A stretch of DNA of 24,000 nt from Candidatus Bathyarchaeia archaeon. Its GTDB lineage: Archaea; Thermoproteota; Bathyarchaeia; 40CM-2-53-6; JAVZFM01. Position 1 is the first letter of the stretch, and the number at the start of each line of letters is the position of its first letter. A model generated the notes under the pieces. The model was not told the origin of the DNA. It was given only the letters and a program-made list of their open reading frames with translations, and searched no databases. This document shows positions 23,726 through 24,000 of this stretch, one piece after another. The stretch covers positions 1 to 24,000 of the forward strand of contig JAVZFM010000003.1 in NCBI GenBank assembly GCA_038872815.1, in the 5' to 3' direction. Made by a program: the position numbers and the translations under genes.

Positions 23726-24000
23726 ATGATAACGACAGTAATTATACTTACTGAAAAACCAGATGCATCGCGCAGAATAGCTGAGGCCTTAGCTGAAGCA
23801 AACAGCTTGAAAACATATACTGATGAGAATAAAGTTACTTATTACGAGTTCAAGAAAAATGGAAAAAAACATATTGTGGTCTGTGCTGTTGGTCACTTAT
23901 TTAACTTGGATCCAGTTGACAAAAGCAAAGGATGGACTTATCCTGTTTTTGAAGCTGAGTGGAAGCCTAGTTTTGAAGTTAGAAAAGAATCTGAATTTTC
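23726..24000 (+). CDS. topA: DNA topoisomerase IA (archaeal TopA/topo III-like), N-terminal part; continues past the right edge
   Basis: Not in the track because it is edge-truncated. ATG 23726 (GTG 23723 is an alternative), preceded by AGGTGA. Translation: MITTVIILTEKPDASRRIAEALAEANSLKTYTDENKVTYYEFKKNGKKHIVVCAVGHLFNLDPVDKSKGWTYPVFEAEWKPSFEV, a TOPRIM domain with the catalytic-Glu EKP motif. Confidence 0.8.
   Translation, partial: MITTVIILTEKPDASRRIAEALAEANSLKTYTDENKVTYYEFKKNGKKHIVVCAVGHLFNLDPVDKSKGWTYPVFEAEWKPSFEVRKESEF

Noticed and set aside
1-24000. CRISPR arrays, rRNA genes, integrases or defence islands
   Set aside because: No spaced direct-repeat array, no rRNA-like conserved blocks and no recognisable defence-gene signatures were seen. 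The window is dominated by housekeeping genes.

Overview
AT-rich archaeal chromosomal segment. About 19 kb is an almost unbroken + strand run of information-processing genes. In order: nadK (minus strand, edge-truncated), aIF5A, deoxyhypusine synthase, SRP54, L21e, RpoF, DUF655, KsgA/RsmA, TrmJ-like, L10e, PEP synthase, UPF0146, Dph2, METTL5-like methylase, Csl4, RpoL, an RNase III-like protein, DUF99, TFS, PCNA, PriL, PriS, Gins51 and L44e. These are followed by a geranylgeranyl-reductase-family flavoprotein, two broken minus-strand LLM-family oxidoreductase genes, a polytopic membrane protein, and a topoisomerase IA gene preceded by a truncated copy of its own TOPRIM N-terminus. Gene content and order (PriS next to Gins51; the Csl4/RpoL/Dph2/methylase neighbourhood) look like a TACK/Thermoproteota-like archaeon, but lineage cannot be fixed from this window. 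Main result: the aIF5A gene is absent from the ORF track because a 25-nt insert splits it. The insert folds into a near-canonical bulge-helix-bulge (BHB) splicing motif. The canonical BHB cleavage positions (878/879 and 903/904) remove exactly 25 nt and assemble the AAA codon of the hypusine-accepting lysine (SKPG-K-HGSAKA). The deoxyhypusine synthase gene starts 9 nt downstream. Other observations: two paralogous LLM genes interrupted only by in-frame stops; a decayed TnpB-like C-terminal remnant in a 540-nt GC-elevated gap; a recurring AAGTTTAWAAATC promoter-like motif; frequent TTG starts; and L44e without its usual S27e partner. No CRISPR array, rRNA or convincing tRNA gene was seen.
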